44,292 nucleotides of DNA from a virus (lineage: Duplodnaviria > Heunggongvirae > Uroviricota > Caudoviricetes). Within the stretch, counting starts at the first letter, position 1. Each line of letters opens with the position of its first letter. Below are positions 35,956 through 44,292 of this stretch, piece by piece. The position numbers and the translations under genes are program-made. Location of the stretch: the IMG/VR virus record IMGVR_UViG_2660238147_000001, one strand, 5' to 3'. The notes beneath the pieces were generated by a model. It saw only the letters and a list, made by a program, of their open reading frames with translations, ran no database searches and was not told the DNA's origin.

Positions 35956-38900
35956 ATGGGAAAAGGTGGCGGTAAGGCACACACGCCTCGTGAGGCGAAG
36001 GATAATCTCAAATCCACGCAGATGATGAGTGTGATTGATGCGATTGGTGAGGGACCGATAGAAGGTCCGGTGAAGGGACTGCAGAGTATTCTGGTGAACA
36101 AAACCCCGCTGACGGACACGGACGGTAATCCCGTGATACACGGTGTGACTGCGGTCTGGCGTGCCGGGGAGCAGGAGCAGACACCACCGGAAGGCTTTGA
36201 GTCCTCCGGAGCTGAAACCGGACTGGGCGTGGAAGTGACGAAGGCAAAACCGGTGACGCGCACCATTACGTCCGCGAACATTGACCGCCTGCGGGTTACC
36301 TTCGGGGTGCAGTCACTGGTGCAGACCACGTCAAAGGGCGACCGTAATCCTTCCTCTGTCCGGATTCTGATTCAGTTACAGCGTAATGGCCGCTGGGTGA
36401 CGGAAAAGGATGTCACCATTAACGGCAAGACCACCTCGCAGTTCCTGGCCTCGGTGATTCTGGATAATCTGCCTCCCCGGCCCTTTAACATCCGGATGGT
36501 CAGGGAGACGGCGGACAGCACCACGGACCAGCTGCAGAATAAGACGCTGTGGTCGTCATACACCGAAATCATCGATGTGAAACAGTGCTACCCGAACACG
36601 GCCATTGTGGGGCTGCAGGTGGATGCGGAGCAGTTCGGCGGCCAGCAGATGACGGTGAACTACCATATCCGCGGTCGCATCATCCAGGTGCCGTCAAACT
36701 ATGACCCGGAAAAACGCACGTACAGTGGTATCTGGGACGGCAGCCTGAAACCGGCATACAGCAACAACCCGGCCTGGTGTCTGTGGGACATGCTGACTCA
36801 CCCGCGCTACGGCATGGGAAAACGTCTGGGGGCGGCGGATGTGGACAAGTGGGCGCTGTATGCCATCGGGCAGTACTGCGACCAGACGGTCCCGGATGGT
36901 TTCGGGGGGACCGAGCCGCGGATGACCTTTAATGCGTACCTGGCACAACAGCGTAAGGCGTGGGACGTTCTCAGTGATTTCTGCTCTGCGATGCGCTGTA
37001 TGCCGGTATGGAACGGCCAGACGCTGATGTTCGTTCAGGACCGTCCGTCGGATGTGGTGTGGCCGTACACCAACAGCGATGTGGTGGTGGATGATAACGG
37101 CGTGGGTTTCCGCTACAGCTTCAGTGCCCTGAAGGACCGGCACACGGCAGTGGAGGTGAATTACACCGACCCGCAGAACGGCTGGCAGACCTCCACGGAA
37201 CTGGTGGAAGACCCGGAAGCCATACTGCGCTACGGACGCAACCTGCTGAAGATGGACGCGTTCGGCTGTACCAGCCGCGGTCAGGCCCACCGTGCCGGGC
37301 TGTGGGTGATAAAGACCGAACTGCTGGAAACGCAGACGGTGGATTTCACGCTCGGGTCACAGGGGCTGCGTCACACACCCGGTGACATCATTGAAATCTG
37401 TGATAACGACTATGCCGGGACCATGACCGGCGGACGTGTCCTGTCCATCGATGCCGCCAGCCGTACCCTGACGCTGGACCGGGAGGTGACACTGCCGGAG
37501 ACCGGCACGGCCACTGTTAATCTGATTAACGGCAGCGGTAAGCCGGCGAGCGTGGCCATCACCGCACACCCCGCGCCTGACCGGATACAGGTCAGCACCC
37601 TGCCGGATGGTGTGGAGACATACGGTGTGTGGGGACTCTCCCTGCCGTCACTGCGTCGTCGCCTGTTCCGCTGTGTCTCCATTCGGGAAAACACGGACGG
37701 CACGTTCGCCATCACGGCGGTGCAGCACGTACCGGAAAAAGAAGCCATTGTGGATAACGGGGCCAGCTTTGAGCCGCAGTCAGGCAGCCTGAACAGCGTT
37801 ATCCCACCGGCAGTGCAGCACCTGACGGTGGAGGTGAGTGCAGCTGACGGTCAGTATCTGGCACAGGCGAAATGGGACACGCCGCGGGTGGTGAAGGGTG
37901 TGCGCTTCAGTCTGCGTCTGACCAGCGGAAGCGGAGAAGACAGCCGTCTGGTGAGCACCGCCATCACCGCAGACACGGAGCACCGTTTCAGTGGTCTGCC
38001 GCTGGGGGAATACACCCTGACGGTGCGGGCCATTAACAGCTACGGCCAGCAGGGCGAACCTGCGACCACCACCTTCCGGATTAACGCGCCTGCAAAACCC
38101 GCCACCATTGAGCTGACGCCGGGGTATTTTCAGATAACGGCGGTCCCGCGTCTTGCGGTGTATGACCCGACGGTACAGTTTGAATTCTGGTTCTCAGAAA
38201 AACGCATCACGAACACGGCACAGGTGGAAAAATCTGCCCGTTATCTGGGGACCGGCAGTCAGTGGACTGTCCAGGGGAGCCGGATTAAGCCGGGGACGGA
38301 TTTCTGGTTTTACGTGCGAAGCGTCAACCTGGTGGGAAAATCTGCTTTTGTGGAAGCCAGCGGGCAGCCCAGCAATGATGGTGAAGGGTATCTGGAAATT
38401 TTCCGGGGGCTGATAGATGAGACGCTTCTGGGCCAGGCACTGAAAGAGCGCATTGATGCTTCAGCGCTGCGTACGGAGGTCACGCAACTGGAAGAAGACA
38501 TCCGTCAGCGGATGGACACGGATATCGCAGAAGTGACCCGGAAAATCGGGGAGGCGGAAAACAGCCTCACGCAGCTGGTTGCGAAAAAGAATGAGGACCA
38601 GACACTGGCCATCGCGCAGGTGAGCCAGAAAGTGGACCGGGTGAGCAGTGAAATCTCACAGACTGTCAGCCAGGGGCAGTCAGAAAATGCCCGACAGATA
38701 GCACAGGTCCGCCAGTACGTGGATAAAAAAGGGAGTGAAATTACCTCGACCACGGATAAAAAACTGGGTGACCAGGCCGTGACCATACAGCAAATCCAGC
38801 GGGTTCAGTCAGACACGCGCAATGAGCTGAATGCCATGTATATGCTGAAGGTGCAGAAAACAAAAAACGGTATTCCCTATGTGGCCGGGATTGGTGCGGG

Positions 38901-39648
38901 GATTGAGGATGTTGATGGTCAGACGCTGAGCAGTATTCTGCTGCAGGCTGACCGTATCGCGATGATTACCCCGGAGAATGGCAACACCACGCCGCTGTTT
39001 GTGGCGCAGGGGAATCAGCTGTTCATGAACGACGTGTTCCTGAAGCGACTGTTTGCGGTGAGCATCACGTCATCCGGCAATCCTCCTACGTTTTCCCTGA
39101 CGCCGGATGGCAGGCTGGCAGCCCGCAATGCGGATATCAGTGGAGCCATCACGGCGAATACCGGCACGCTCAATAATGTCACCATTAACGAGAACTGTGT
39201 CATCAGAGGGAAACTGTCTGCAAACCAGATTGAAGGCGATCTCGTTAAAACAGTGGGTAAGGCTTTCCCCCGTGACTCCCGTGCACCGGAGAGGTGGCCA
39301 TCAGGGACCATTACCGTCAGGGTTTATGACGATCAGCCGTTTGACCGGCAGATTGTTATTCCGGCGGTGGCTTTCAGCGGTGCCAGACATGAGCGGGAGA
39401 ATAGCGATATTTATTCGTCATGCCGCCTGATAGTGCGGAAAAACGGTGCTGAAATTTATAACCGTACCGCGATGGATAATACGCTGGTTTACAGTGGTGT
39501 TATTGATATGCCTGCTGGTCGCGGCGACATGACGCTGGAGTTTTCTGTATCAGCATGGTGGGTAAATGGCTGGTATCCCACAGCAAGTATCAGCGATTTG
39601 CTGGTTGTTGTGATGAAGAAAGCCACTGCAGGCATCACGATTAGCTGA
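35956..39648 (+). CDS. J: Central tail fibre / host specificity protein J-like
   Basis: 1230-aa ORF; N-terminal two-thirds closely resemble lambda gpJ; ~100 aa longer than lambda J with a divergent C-terminal region. Confidence 0.9.
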   Translation: MGKGGGKAHTPREAKDNLKSTQMMSVIDAIGEGPIEGPVKGLQSILVNKTPLTDTDGNPVIHGVTAVWRAGEQEQTPPEGFESSGAETGLGVEVTKAKPVTRTITSANIDRLRVTFGVQSLVQTTSKGDRNPSSVRILIQLQRNGRWVTEKDVTINGKTTSQFLASVILDNLPPRPFNIRMVRETADSTTDQLQNKTLWSSYTEIIDVKQCYPNTAIVGLQVDAEQFGGQQMTVNYHIRGRIIQVPSNYDPEKRTYSGIWDGSLKPAYSNNPAWCLWDMLTHPRYGMGKRLGAADVDKWALYAIGQYCDQTVPDGFGGTEPRMTFNAYLAQQRKAWDVLSDFCSAMRCMPVWNGQTLMFVQDRPSDVVWPYTNSDVVVDDNGVGFRYSFSALKDRHTAVEVNYTDPQNGWQTSTELVEDPEAILRYGRNLLKMDAFGCTSRGQAHRAGLWVIKTELLETQTVDFTLGSQGLRHTPGDIIEICDNDYAGTMTGGRVLSIDAASRTLTLDREVTLPETGTATVNLINGSGKPASVAITAHPAPDRIQVSTLPDGVETYGVWGLSLPSLRRRLFRCVSIRENTDGTFAITAVQHVPEKEAIVDNGASFEPQSGSLNSVIPPAVQHLTVEVSAADGQYLAQAKWDTPRVVKGVRFSLRLTSGSGEDSRLVSTAITADTEHRFSGLPLGEYTLTVRAINSYGQQGEPATTTFRINAPAKPATIELTPGYFQITAVPRLAVYDPTVQFEFWFSEKRITNTAQVEKSARYLGTGSQWTVQGSRIKPGTDFWFYVRSVNLVGKSAFVEASGQPSNDGEGYLEIFRGLIDETLLGQALKERIDASALRTEVTQLEEDIRQRMDTDIAEVTRKIGEAENSLTQLVAKKNEDQTLAIAQVSQKVDRVSSEISQTVSQGQSENARQIAQVRQYVDKKGSEITSTTDKKLGDQAVTIQQIQRVQSDTRNELNAMYMLKVQKTKNGIPYVAGIGAGIEDVDGQTLSSILLQADRIAMITPENGNTTPLFVAQGNQLFMNDVFLKRLFAVSITSSGNPPTFSLTPDGRLAARNADISGAITANTGTLNNVTINENCVIRGKLSANQIEGDLVKTVGKAFPRDSRAPERWPSGTITVRVYDDQPFDRQIVIPAVAFSGARHERENSDIYSSCRLIVRKNGAEIYNRTAMDNTLVYSGVIDMPAGRGDMTLEFSVSAWWVNGWYPTASISDLLVVVMKKATAGITIS

Positions 39649-39667
39649 ATTTTATAACCCCAATACG

Positions 39668-39694
39668 GGCGCCAGAAATGGCGCCTTTTTTATT
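39668..39694 (+). terminator. Rho-independent terminator downstream of J
   Basis: Stem GGCGCC / GGCGCC with AGAAAT loop, followed by TTTTTTATT. Confidence 0.65.
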
Positions 39695-39715
39695 GCAGAA
39701 AAGCGAGAGGTAATT

Positions 39716-40315
39716 ATGCGTAAATTATGTGCTGTTATTCTGTCCGCAGTAGTCTGGCTGGTTGCCGCTGGTACGCCAGCGAGCGCAGCAGAGCATCAGT
39801 CCACACTAAGCGCCGGGTATCTTCAGACCCACACTGATATGCCAGGCAGCGATAATCTGAACGGGATTAACGTGAAATACCGTTATGAGTTTACGGACGC
39901 GCTGGGGCTGATTACGTCCTTCAGTTATGCCAATGCTGAGGATGAGCAAAAAACGCACTACAGCGATACCCGCTGGCATGAAGATTCCGTGCGTAACCGC
40001 TGGTTCAGCGTGATGGCGGGGCCGTCTGTGCGCGTGAATGAATGGTTCAGTGCTTATGCGATGGCGGGTGTGGCTTACAGCCGTGTGTCGACTTTCTCCG
40101 GGGATTATCTCCGCGTAACTGACAACAAGGGGAAAACGCACGATGTGCTGACCGGAAGTGATGACGGTCGCCACAGCAATACCTCTCTGGCGTGGGGAGC
40201 TGGCGTGCAGTTTAACCCGACCGAATCCGTGGCCATTGATATTGCTTATGAAGGCTCCGGCAGTGGCGACTGGCGAACGGATGCATTTATTGTTGGTATC
40301 GGATACCGTTTCTGA
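39716..40315 (+). CDS. lom: Lom-family outer membrane protein (Ail/Lom/OmpX beta-barrel)
   Basis: 199-aa ORF with signal peptide (MRKLCAVILSAVVWLVAAGTPASA) and C-terminal aromatic residue; GAGAGG Shine-Dalgarno; flanked by terminators, consistent with a moron expressed in the lysogen. Confidence 0.85.
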   Translation: MRKLCAVILSAVVWLVAAGTPASAAEHQSTLSAGYLQTHTDMPGSDNLNGINVKYRYEFTDALGLITSFSYANAEDEQKTHYSDTRWHEDSVRNRWFSVMAGPSVRVNEWFSAYAMAGVAYSRVSTFSGDYLRVTDNKGKTHDVLTGSDDGRHSNTSLAWGAGVQFNPTESVAIDIAYEGSGSGDWRTDAFIVGIGYRF

Positions 40316-40420
40316 CAACAGACGCCGATTTATCTTCTGTAAATATTGTTATGATACGCAGGTTCATCCGCCTTATGGGGTGAACTGCGTTTGAGGAAAC
40401 GTAAAGTTACACTGTCCTGA

Positions 40421-40455
40421 AGCCCGTGGCGTCACTGCTGCGGGCTTTTTTTATT
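40421..40455 (+). terminator. Rho-independent terminator downstream of lom
   Basis: Stem AGCCCG / CGGGCT with a 14-nt loop, followed by TTTTTTTATT. Confidence 0.55.
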
Positions 40456-40466
40456 GGTGGAAAAGT

Positions 40467-42530
40467 ATGACAGTAAAAATTTCTGGCGTGCTTAAAGATG
40501 GCACAGGAAAACCAGTACAGAACTGCACCATTGTGCTGAAGGCCAGACGGACCAGCAGCACGGTGGTGGTGAACACGGTGGCCTCTGAAAATCCGGATGA
40601 AGCCGGGCGTTACAGCATGGATGTTGAGTATGGCCAGTACAGCGTCACCCTGCTGGTTGAAGATTTTCCGCCTTCACATGCCGGGACCATTACCGTCTAT
40701 GAAGGTTCCAGACCAGGTACGCTGAATGATTTTCTCGGCGCCATGACGGAGGATGATGTTCGTCCGGAGGCACTGCGCCGTTTTGAGCTGATGGTGAATG
40801 AAGTGGCACGTCATGCCGGAGCGTCATCACAGAGTGCAGCGGCGGCAAAGAAATCCGAAACGGCAGCAGCCTCATCGAAGAATGCGGCGAAAACCTCAGA
40901 AACGAATGCAGCTAACAGCGCACAGGCGGCAGCGGCCTCGCAGACTGCATCGGCAAACTCCGCGACAGCAGCCAAAAAATCAGAAACCAGCGCGAAAAAT
41001 AGCGAGACAGCCACAAAGGCCAGCGAAAAAAACGCAAAATCCAGCCAGACGGCAGCGAAAACCAGTGAGACGAATGCCAAAGACAGTGAAGCCAACGCAA
41101 AGGTGAGCGAAACAGCGGCGGCGAACTCGGCGAAAGCATCGGCAGCAAGCCAGACGGCAGCAAAAGCAAGTGAAGATGCTGCCAGAGAATACGCAAACCA
41201 GACAGCAGAGCCGTACAGATATGTTTTACAGCCGCTGCCGGATGTGTGGATACCCTTTAATGATTCGCTGGATATGATTACGGGCTATTCTCCGGGTTAT
41301 AAAAAAGTGAAGATTGGTGATAATGTGGTTCAGGTTGCCAGTGATAAACAGGTTAATTTCAGTCGCGCATCAACGGCAACATATATCAACAAATCTGGCG
41401 AACTGAAAACGGCGGAAATTAATGAGCCGCGATTTGAGTGTGATGGCCTGCTTATTGAGGGACAAAGAACGAACTTCTTCCAGAACAGTACAGACCCTTC
41501 GAAGTGGAATAAGTCAACTTCACTGGACGTTACAGAAACAGGCACAGATAGTTTCGGGTTTAATTATGGTCGGTTTGTCGTACAGGATTCGATTGTTGGT
41601 ACAAGTAAAGCGCATACCATTATCGGACTGTATTCGAGTACCGGAGGGGTTGATACTTCAGGGGACGAAAAGCATGTAACTATATCCTGTCGGGTAAAAA
41701 GTGAAGTTGATAATATCGCCGTTCGTATTTTATTTGAACATTATGATGGGGAGGTAAGGACATCAATAGGAGCAGCAAACCTGAACCTTACCACCCGCAT
41801 AATTAGCAAGACAGGTCAGACAAGCCGTGTTACAGCAAGGTCTGTTAAGGATGATGCAACTGGCTGGATATTTTTTGAGGCTACATTAAAAGCAGATACA
41901 ACAGAAAATACGGTTGGTGGTTTTGTCCAGTATTCTCCGGATACAGGGCAGATGGTTACATCAGGGGATTATCTCGATGTAACCACTCCACAGATTGAGG
42001 CTGGTACAGGCGCATCATCTTTTATTGTTACGGGGACGGCACCGGCAACGCGGGCAAGCGATATGGTGACAGTCCCAATCAAGAATAACCTTTATAATCT
42101 TCCTTTTACGGTTCTTTGTGAGGTACATAAGAACTGGTATAAAACGCCAAATGTAGCGCCGCGTGTTTTTGATACCGGCGGTCATCAAACCGGAGCGGGG
42201 ATCGTAATGGGGTTTGGTTCATCAGGTGGGTACGACGGTTTTCCGTATTGCGATATAGGTGGTTCAGACCGACGAATAAATGAAAATGCCGGGCTGGAAA
42301 AAATGCTTATTGGTATGCGGGTAAAGTCCGAACGGTCCACATGTGTAGTCAGTAACGGTAAGTTAAGCAGCGAAACTAAAACCAAATGGGAATATATCCG
42401 GAGTACAGCAACCATTCGCATTGGTGGACAAACTACAGCAGGATTACGCCATTTATTTGGGCATGTGAGGAATTTTCGTCTCTGGCATAAAGAGCTAACA
42501 GATGCGCAGCTTGGGGAGGTTGTGGAGTGA
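40467..42530 (+). CDS. stf: Side tail fibre protein (lambda Stf-like N-terminus, distinct C-terminal receptor-binding region)
   Basis: 687-aa ORF; N-terminus MTVKISGVLKDGTGKPVQNCTIVLKARR resembles lambda Stf; central Ala/Ser/Lys/Thr-rich repeats; C-terminal ~370 aa unlike the lambda Stf C-terminus, ending in a motif reminiscent of lectin/LamG-like jelly-roll domains (FGHVRNFRLWHKELTDAQLGEV). Confidence 0.8.
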   Translation: MTVKISGVLKDGTGKPVQNCTIVLKARRTSSTVVVNTVASENPDEAGRYSMDVEYGQYSVTLLVEDFPPSHAGTITVYEGSRPGTLNDFLGAMTEDDVRPEALRRFELMVNEVARHAGASSQSAAAAKKSETAAASSKNAAKTSETNAANSAQAAAASQTASANSATAAKKSETSAKNSETATKASEKNAKSSQTAAKTSETNAKDSEANAKVSETAAANSAKASAASQTAAKASEDAAREYANQTAEPYRYVLQPLPDVWIPFNDSLDMITGYSPGYKKVKIGDNVVQVASDKQVNFSRASTATYINKSGELKTAEINEPRFECDGLLIEGQRTNFFQNSTDPSKWNKSTSLDVTETGTDSFGFNYGRFVVQDSIVGTSKAHTIIGLYSSTGGVDTSGDEKHVTISCRVKSEVDNIAVRILFEHYDGEVRTSIGAANLNLTTRIISKTGQTSRVTARSVKDDATGWIFFEATLKADTTENTVGGFVQYSPDTGQMVTSGDYLDVTTPQIEAGTGASSFIVTGTAPATRASDMVTVPIKNNLYNLPFTVLCEVHKNWYKTPNVAPRVFDTGGHQTGAGIVMGFGSSGGYDGFPYCDIGGSDRRINENAGLEKMLIGMRVKSERSTCVVSNGKLSSETKTKWEYIRSTATIRIGGQTTAGLRHLFGHVRNFRLWHKELTDAQLGEVVE

Positions 42531-42805
42531 GAGATTTCACGTTGCGTTTCAGTGATAAAGCAGATTTCAGGGCATTTCTCAGGAAACTTAACTGGGAAGA
42601 GGACGAAGAGCTGCAGAATGCCGTTCTGGTTGATGAGATTGGTTTTACGTTCAGGGAGACAGATGTTTCTGATGACGGAGAACCAGAATACACGCGAAAC
42701 GAAGGGTACTTTGTTAATATCCGTCTTCTTGACGATGGATTTGAGGATTCCGTGTTCCGTGAGTGGGTGGTTACACCAGAGCGCCCGCTCAGGGAGTGGT
42801 TTTAA
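42527..42805 (+). CDS. Hypothetical protein, possible tail-fibre chaperone (non-Tfa type)
   Basis: 92-aa acidic ORF with GTG start overlapping the stf stop (GTGA); role inferred only from position. Confidence 0.4.
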   Translation: MRDFTLRFSDKADFRAFLRKLNWEEDEELQNAVLVDEIGFTFRETDVSDDGEPEYTRNEGYFVNIRLLDDGFEDSVFREWVVTPERPLREWF

Positions 42806-42814
42806 GGATAGCAG

Positions 42815-43108
42815 ATGGATATCACGTCGATACTTCATGCGCTTTGTGCCGTGGCGGTGCAGGTACTGGCTGGTCTTTTTACCGGAAACTGGGCTTACGG
42901 GGCGATAGCCGGTTGTACGTTCTTCATTGCGCGTGAACACACCCAGGCAGAATATCGCTGGATTGAAATGTTCGGGCATGGCAAGCGGATTAACATGCCG
43001 TGGTGGGGCGGTTTTGATCCACGTGCATGGGATGTGGCAAGCCTGATGGATTTTGCTGTGCCGGTGGTGGCGTGTCTGCTGGTCTGGCTGTTGGTTAATC
43101 GTGGGTGA
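42815..43108 (+). CDS. Hypothetical small membrane protein
   Basis: 97-aa ORF with two to three hydrophobic segments and a Trp-rich segment; no family recognised. Confidence 0.4.
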   Translation: MDITSILHALCAVAVQVLAGLFTGNWAYGAIAGCTFFIAREHTQAEYRWIEMFGHGKRINMPWWGGFDPRAWDVASLMDFAVPVVACLLVWLLVNRG

Positions 43109-43117
43109 AAAAGGTGA

Positions 43118-43246
43118 GCAGTATATGCAACGAAGGAGGAAACATCATTGCTGGCGGCATGGAAGGCATGCAGGGTGTTGCTGAACCGTGTTGATACATC
43201 AACTGCACCTGATATTGAGTGGCCTACGAACCCTGTCAGGGAGTAA
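43118..43246 (+). pseudogene. tfa: Remnant of tail fibre assembly gene (tfa 3' end)
   Basis: Open frame without a start encoding ...[39 protein letters not shown], matching the C-terminus of lambda-type Tfa as I recall; shares a 38-bp identical block with the tfa-like gene at 44026..44292. Confidence 0.55.
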
Positions 43247-43300
43247 TCATTGGGATTATGCCGCAGCACGTCTTAAGCAAGAACGTGCTGCGGTTGGATG

Positions 43301-43966
43301 CTATTTTTTCCCTGAAGCGGAAAACATTACTACAGTACCTTGAACCTTGGTTTTAACATTCTCGAAATGCTCTGAGAGTATATGTGTTAAGCCTTCTTCG
43401 GAATCTTTTGTGTTTGAAAAGATGCCTTTCTGATTGTAAATGCGCATCAGTTTTTGACCGAAGCTATTGTGCACAACGCCGTCACCAAGAATTGTGGCTC
43501 CGTATAGAGTTCCATCGTCAGTTAAGGCCTGCGCCGCATTGCGTATTACACAGCTTTTTGTAGATATATTTCCAGGCAGGCAGTGAAGAAGGTAAAACAT
43601 GGAAATGGAATCAAATTGACCATGTAACGCCGCGGGATAAGGATCAAAAACATCATGGCTAATTTTATGTTTAATTTTTGATTCCCCAGCCCTTGTCGAT
43701 GCCGCGTTCAGGCTAGCTTCGTTCAAATCCATTAAAGATATCAGACTGCTCTCAGGTACGTGAGTAAGGTAAAACCCAGTTCCAACGCCAATATCCAGAT
43801 GGTTGTTACCTAAATGTTCCAGAAAGTGTGGAAGAAGGTGTTCCTTTGTAGGACATCCCCATGCAAGCCGATTTGATACTCCCAAAACCCACCAGTCATA
43901 AAGCTTTAGGGTAAGTGGTGTGTAAATTTTAGCCCCATCATCTGTGTTTTTTTTCATTAGTTTCAC
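43301..43966 (-). CDS. Class I SAM-dependent methyltransferase (YbcY-like)
   Basis: 221-aa minus-strand ORF with motif I LDIGVGTGFY; low-GC gene between two tfa 3' fragments; not obviously a DNA methyltransferase. Confidence 0.65.
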   Translation of the reverse strand: MKLMKKNTDDGAKIYTPLTLKLYDWWVLGVSNRLAWGCPTKEHLLPHFLEHLGNNHLDIGVGTGFYLTHVPESSLISLMDLNEASLNAASTRAGESKIKHKISHDVFDPYPAALHGQFDSISMFYLLHCLPGNISTKSCVIRNAAQALTDDGTLYGATILGDGVVHNSFGQKLMRIYNQKGIFSNTKDSEEGLTHILSEHFENVKTKVQGTVVMFSASGKK

Positions 43967-44025
43967 CGTATTATAGTTTTATTTGTGAATTAAATCAATT
44001 ATGGCGATGAATTACAAGGGGTTAA

Positions 44026-44292
44026 ATGCTGCCGCAGCATAGCGATATTGAAATAGCCTGGTATGCTTCGATACAGCAGGAGCCGAATGGCTGGAAGACC
44101 GTCACCACACAGTTCTACATCCAGGAATTCAGTGAGTATATTGCGCCACTGCAGGATGCTGTAGATCTGGAAATCGCAACGGAGGAAGAAAGATCGTTGC
44201 TGGAGGCATGGAATAAATATCGGGTATTGTTGAATCGTGTTGATACATCAACTGCACCTGATATTGAGTGGCCGACTTCACCTGCAGAGTAA
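44026..44292 (+). CDS. Tail fibre assembly protein C-terminal-domain protein (short Tfa-like)
   Basis: 88-aa ORF ending at the window edge with a stop codon; C-terminal half ([45 protein letters not shown]) matches the conserved Tfa C-terminus; too short for a full Tfa. Confidence 0.55.
   Translation: MLPQHSDIEIAWYASIQQEPNGWKTVTTQFYIQEFSEYIAPLQDAVDLEIATEEERSLLEAWNKYRVLLNRVDTSTAPDIEWPTSPAE

Noticed and set aside
35634-35980. Six-frame ORFs 35634..35975 (+) and 35696..35980 (-) in the I-J spacer
   Set aside because: No Shine-Dalgarno sequences; both read through strong intrinsic terminator hairpins; the region is better explained as an sRNA locus.
36694-37290. 198-aa minus-strand ORF inside J, and similar antisense ORFs throughout the head and tail genes
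   Set aside because: All lie opposite confidently identified structural genes and have Arg/Pro/Ala-rich compositions typical of non-coding antisense frames.
40840-41180. Possible CRISPR-like or tandem DNA repeat array within stf
   Set aside because: The periodic sequence encodes the Ala/Ser/Lys/Thr-rich repeat of the Stf shaft in frame; no spacer/repeat architecture and no cas genes.

Overview
This 44.3 kb window is almost entirely one lambdoid prophage of enterobacterial (E. coli-like) type, running from the integrase at the left edge through the tail-fibre region. All calls were made by reading the sequence and the six-frame track and by recollection of known phage families; no database search was run. 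Leftward arm (minus strand): int, xis, a large DnaQ-like exonuclease, then a Qin-type dicB operon (ydfA-ydfB-ydfC-dicF sRNA-dicB-ydfD) downstream of a cI-like repressor. Rightward arm (plus strand): Cro-like and YdaT/CII-like regulators, a replication initiator with internal iterons, a cluster of small unknown genes, a hok-type toxin, DUF968 and RusA genes, a zinc-finger Q-like protein, three tRNA genes, an AT-rich cargo island, a mosaic lysis cassette (phage-21-type pinholin, SAR endolysin, lambda-type Rz/Rz1), Rha-like regulator, a lambda-identical cos site, and a complete lambda-like head and tail set (Nu1 through J, lom, stf) including the conserved G-T frameshift site. The loci that I cannot explain and that are the best candidates for undescribed accessory functions are: a divergent small-RNA locus in the I-J gap, two unknown genes (one antisense) inside the lysis cassette, the AT-rich island between the tRNAs and the holin, and the remodelled tail-fibre end with a methyltransferase flanked by tfa remnants. 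I could not identify a complete, recognisable defence system with confidence.
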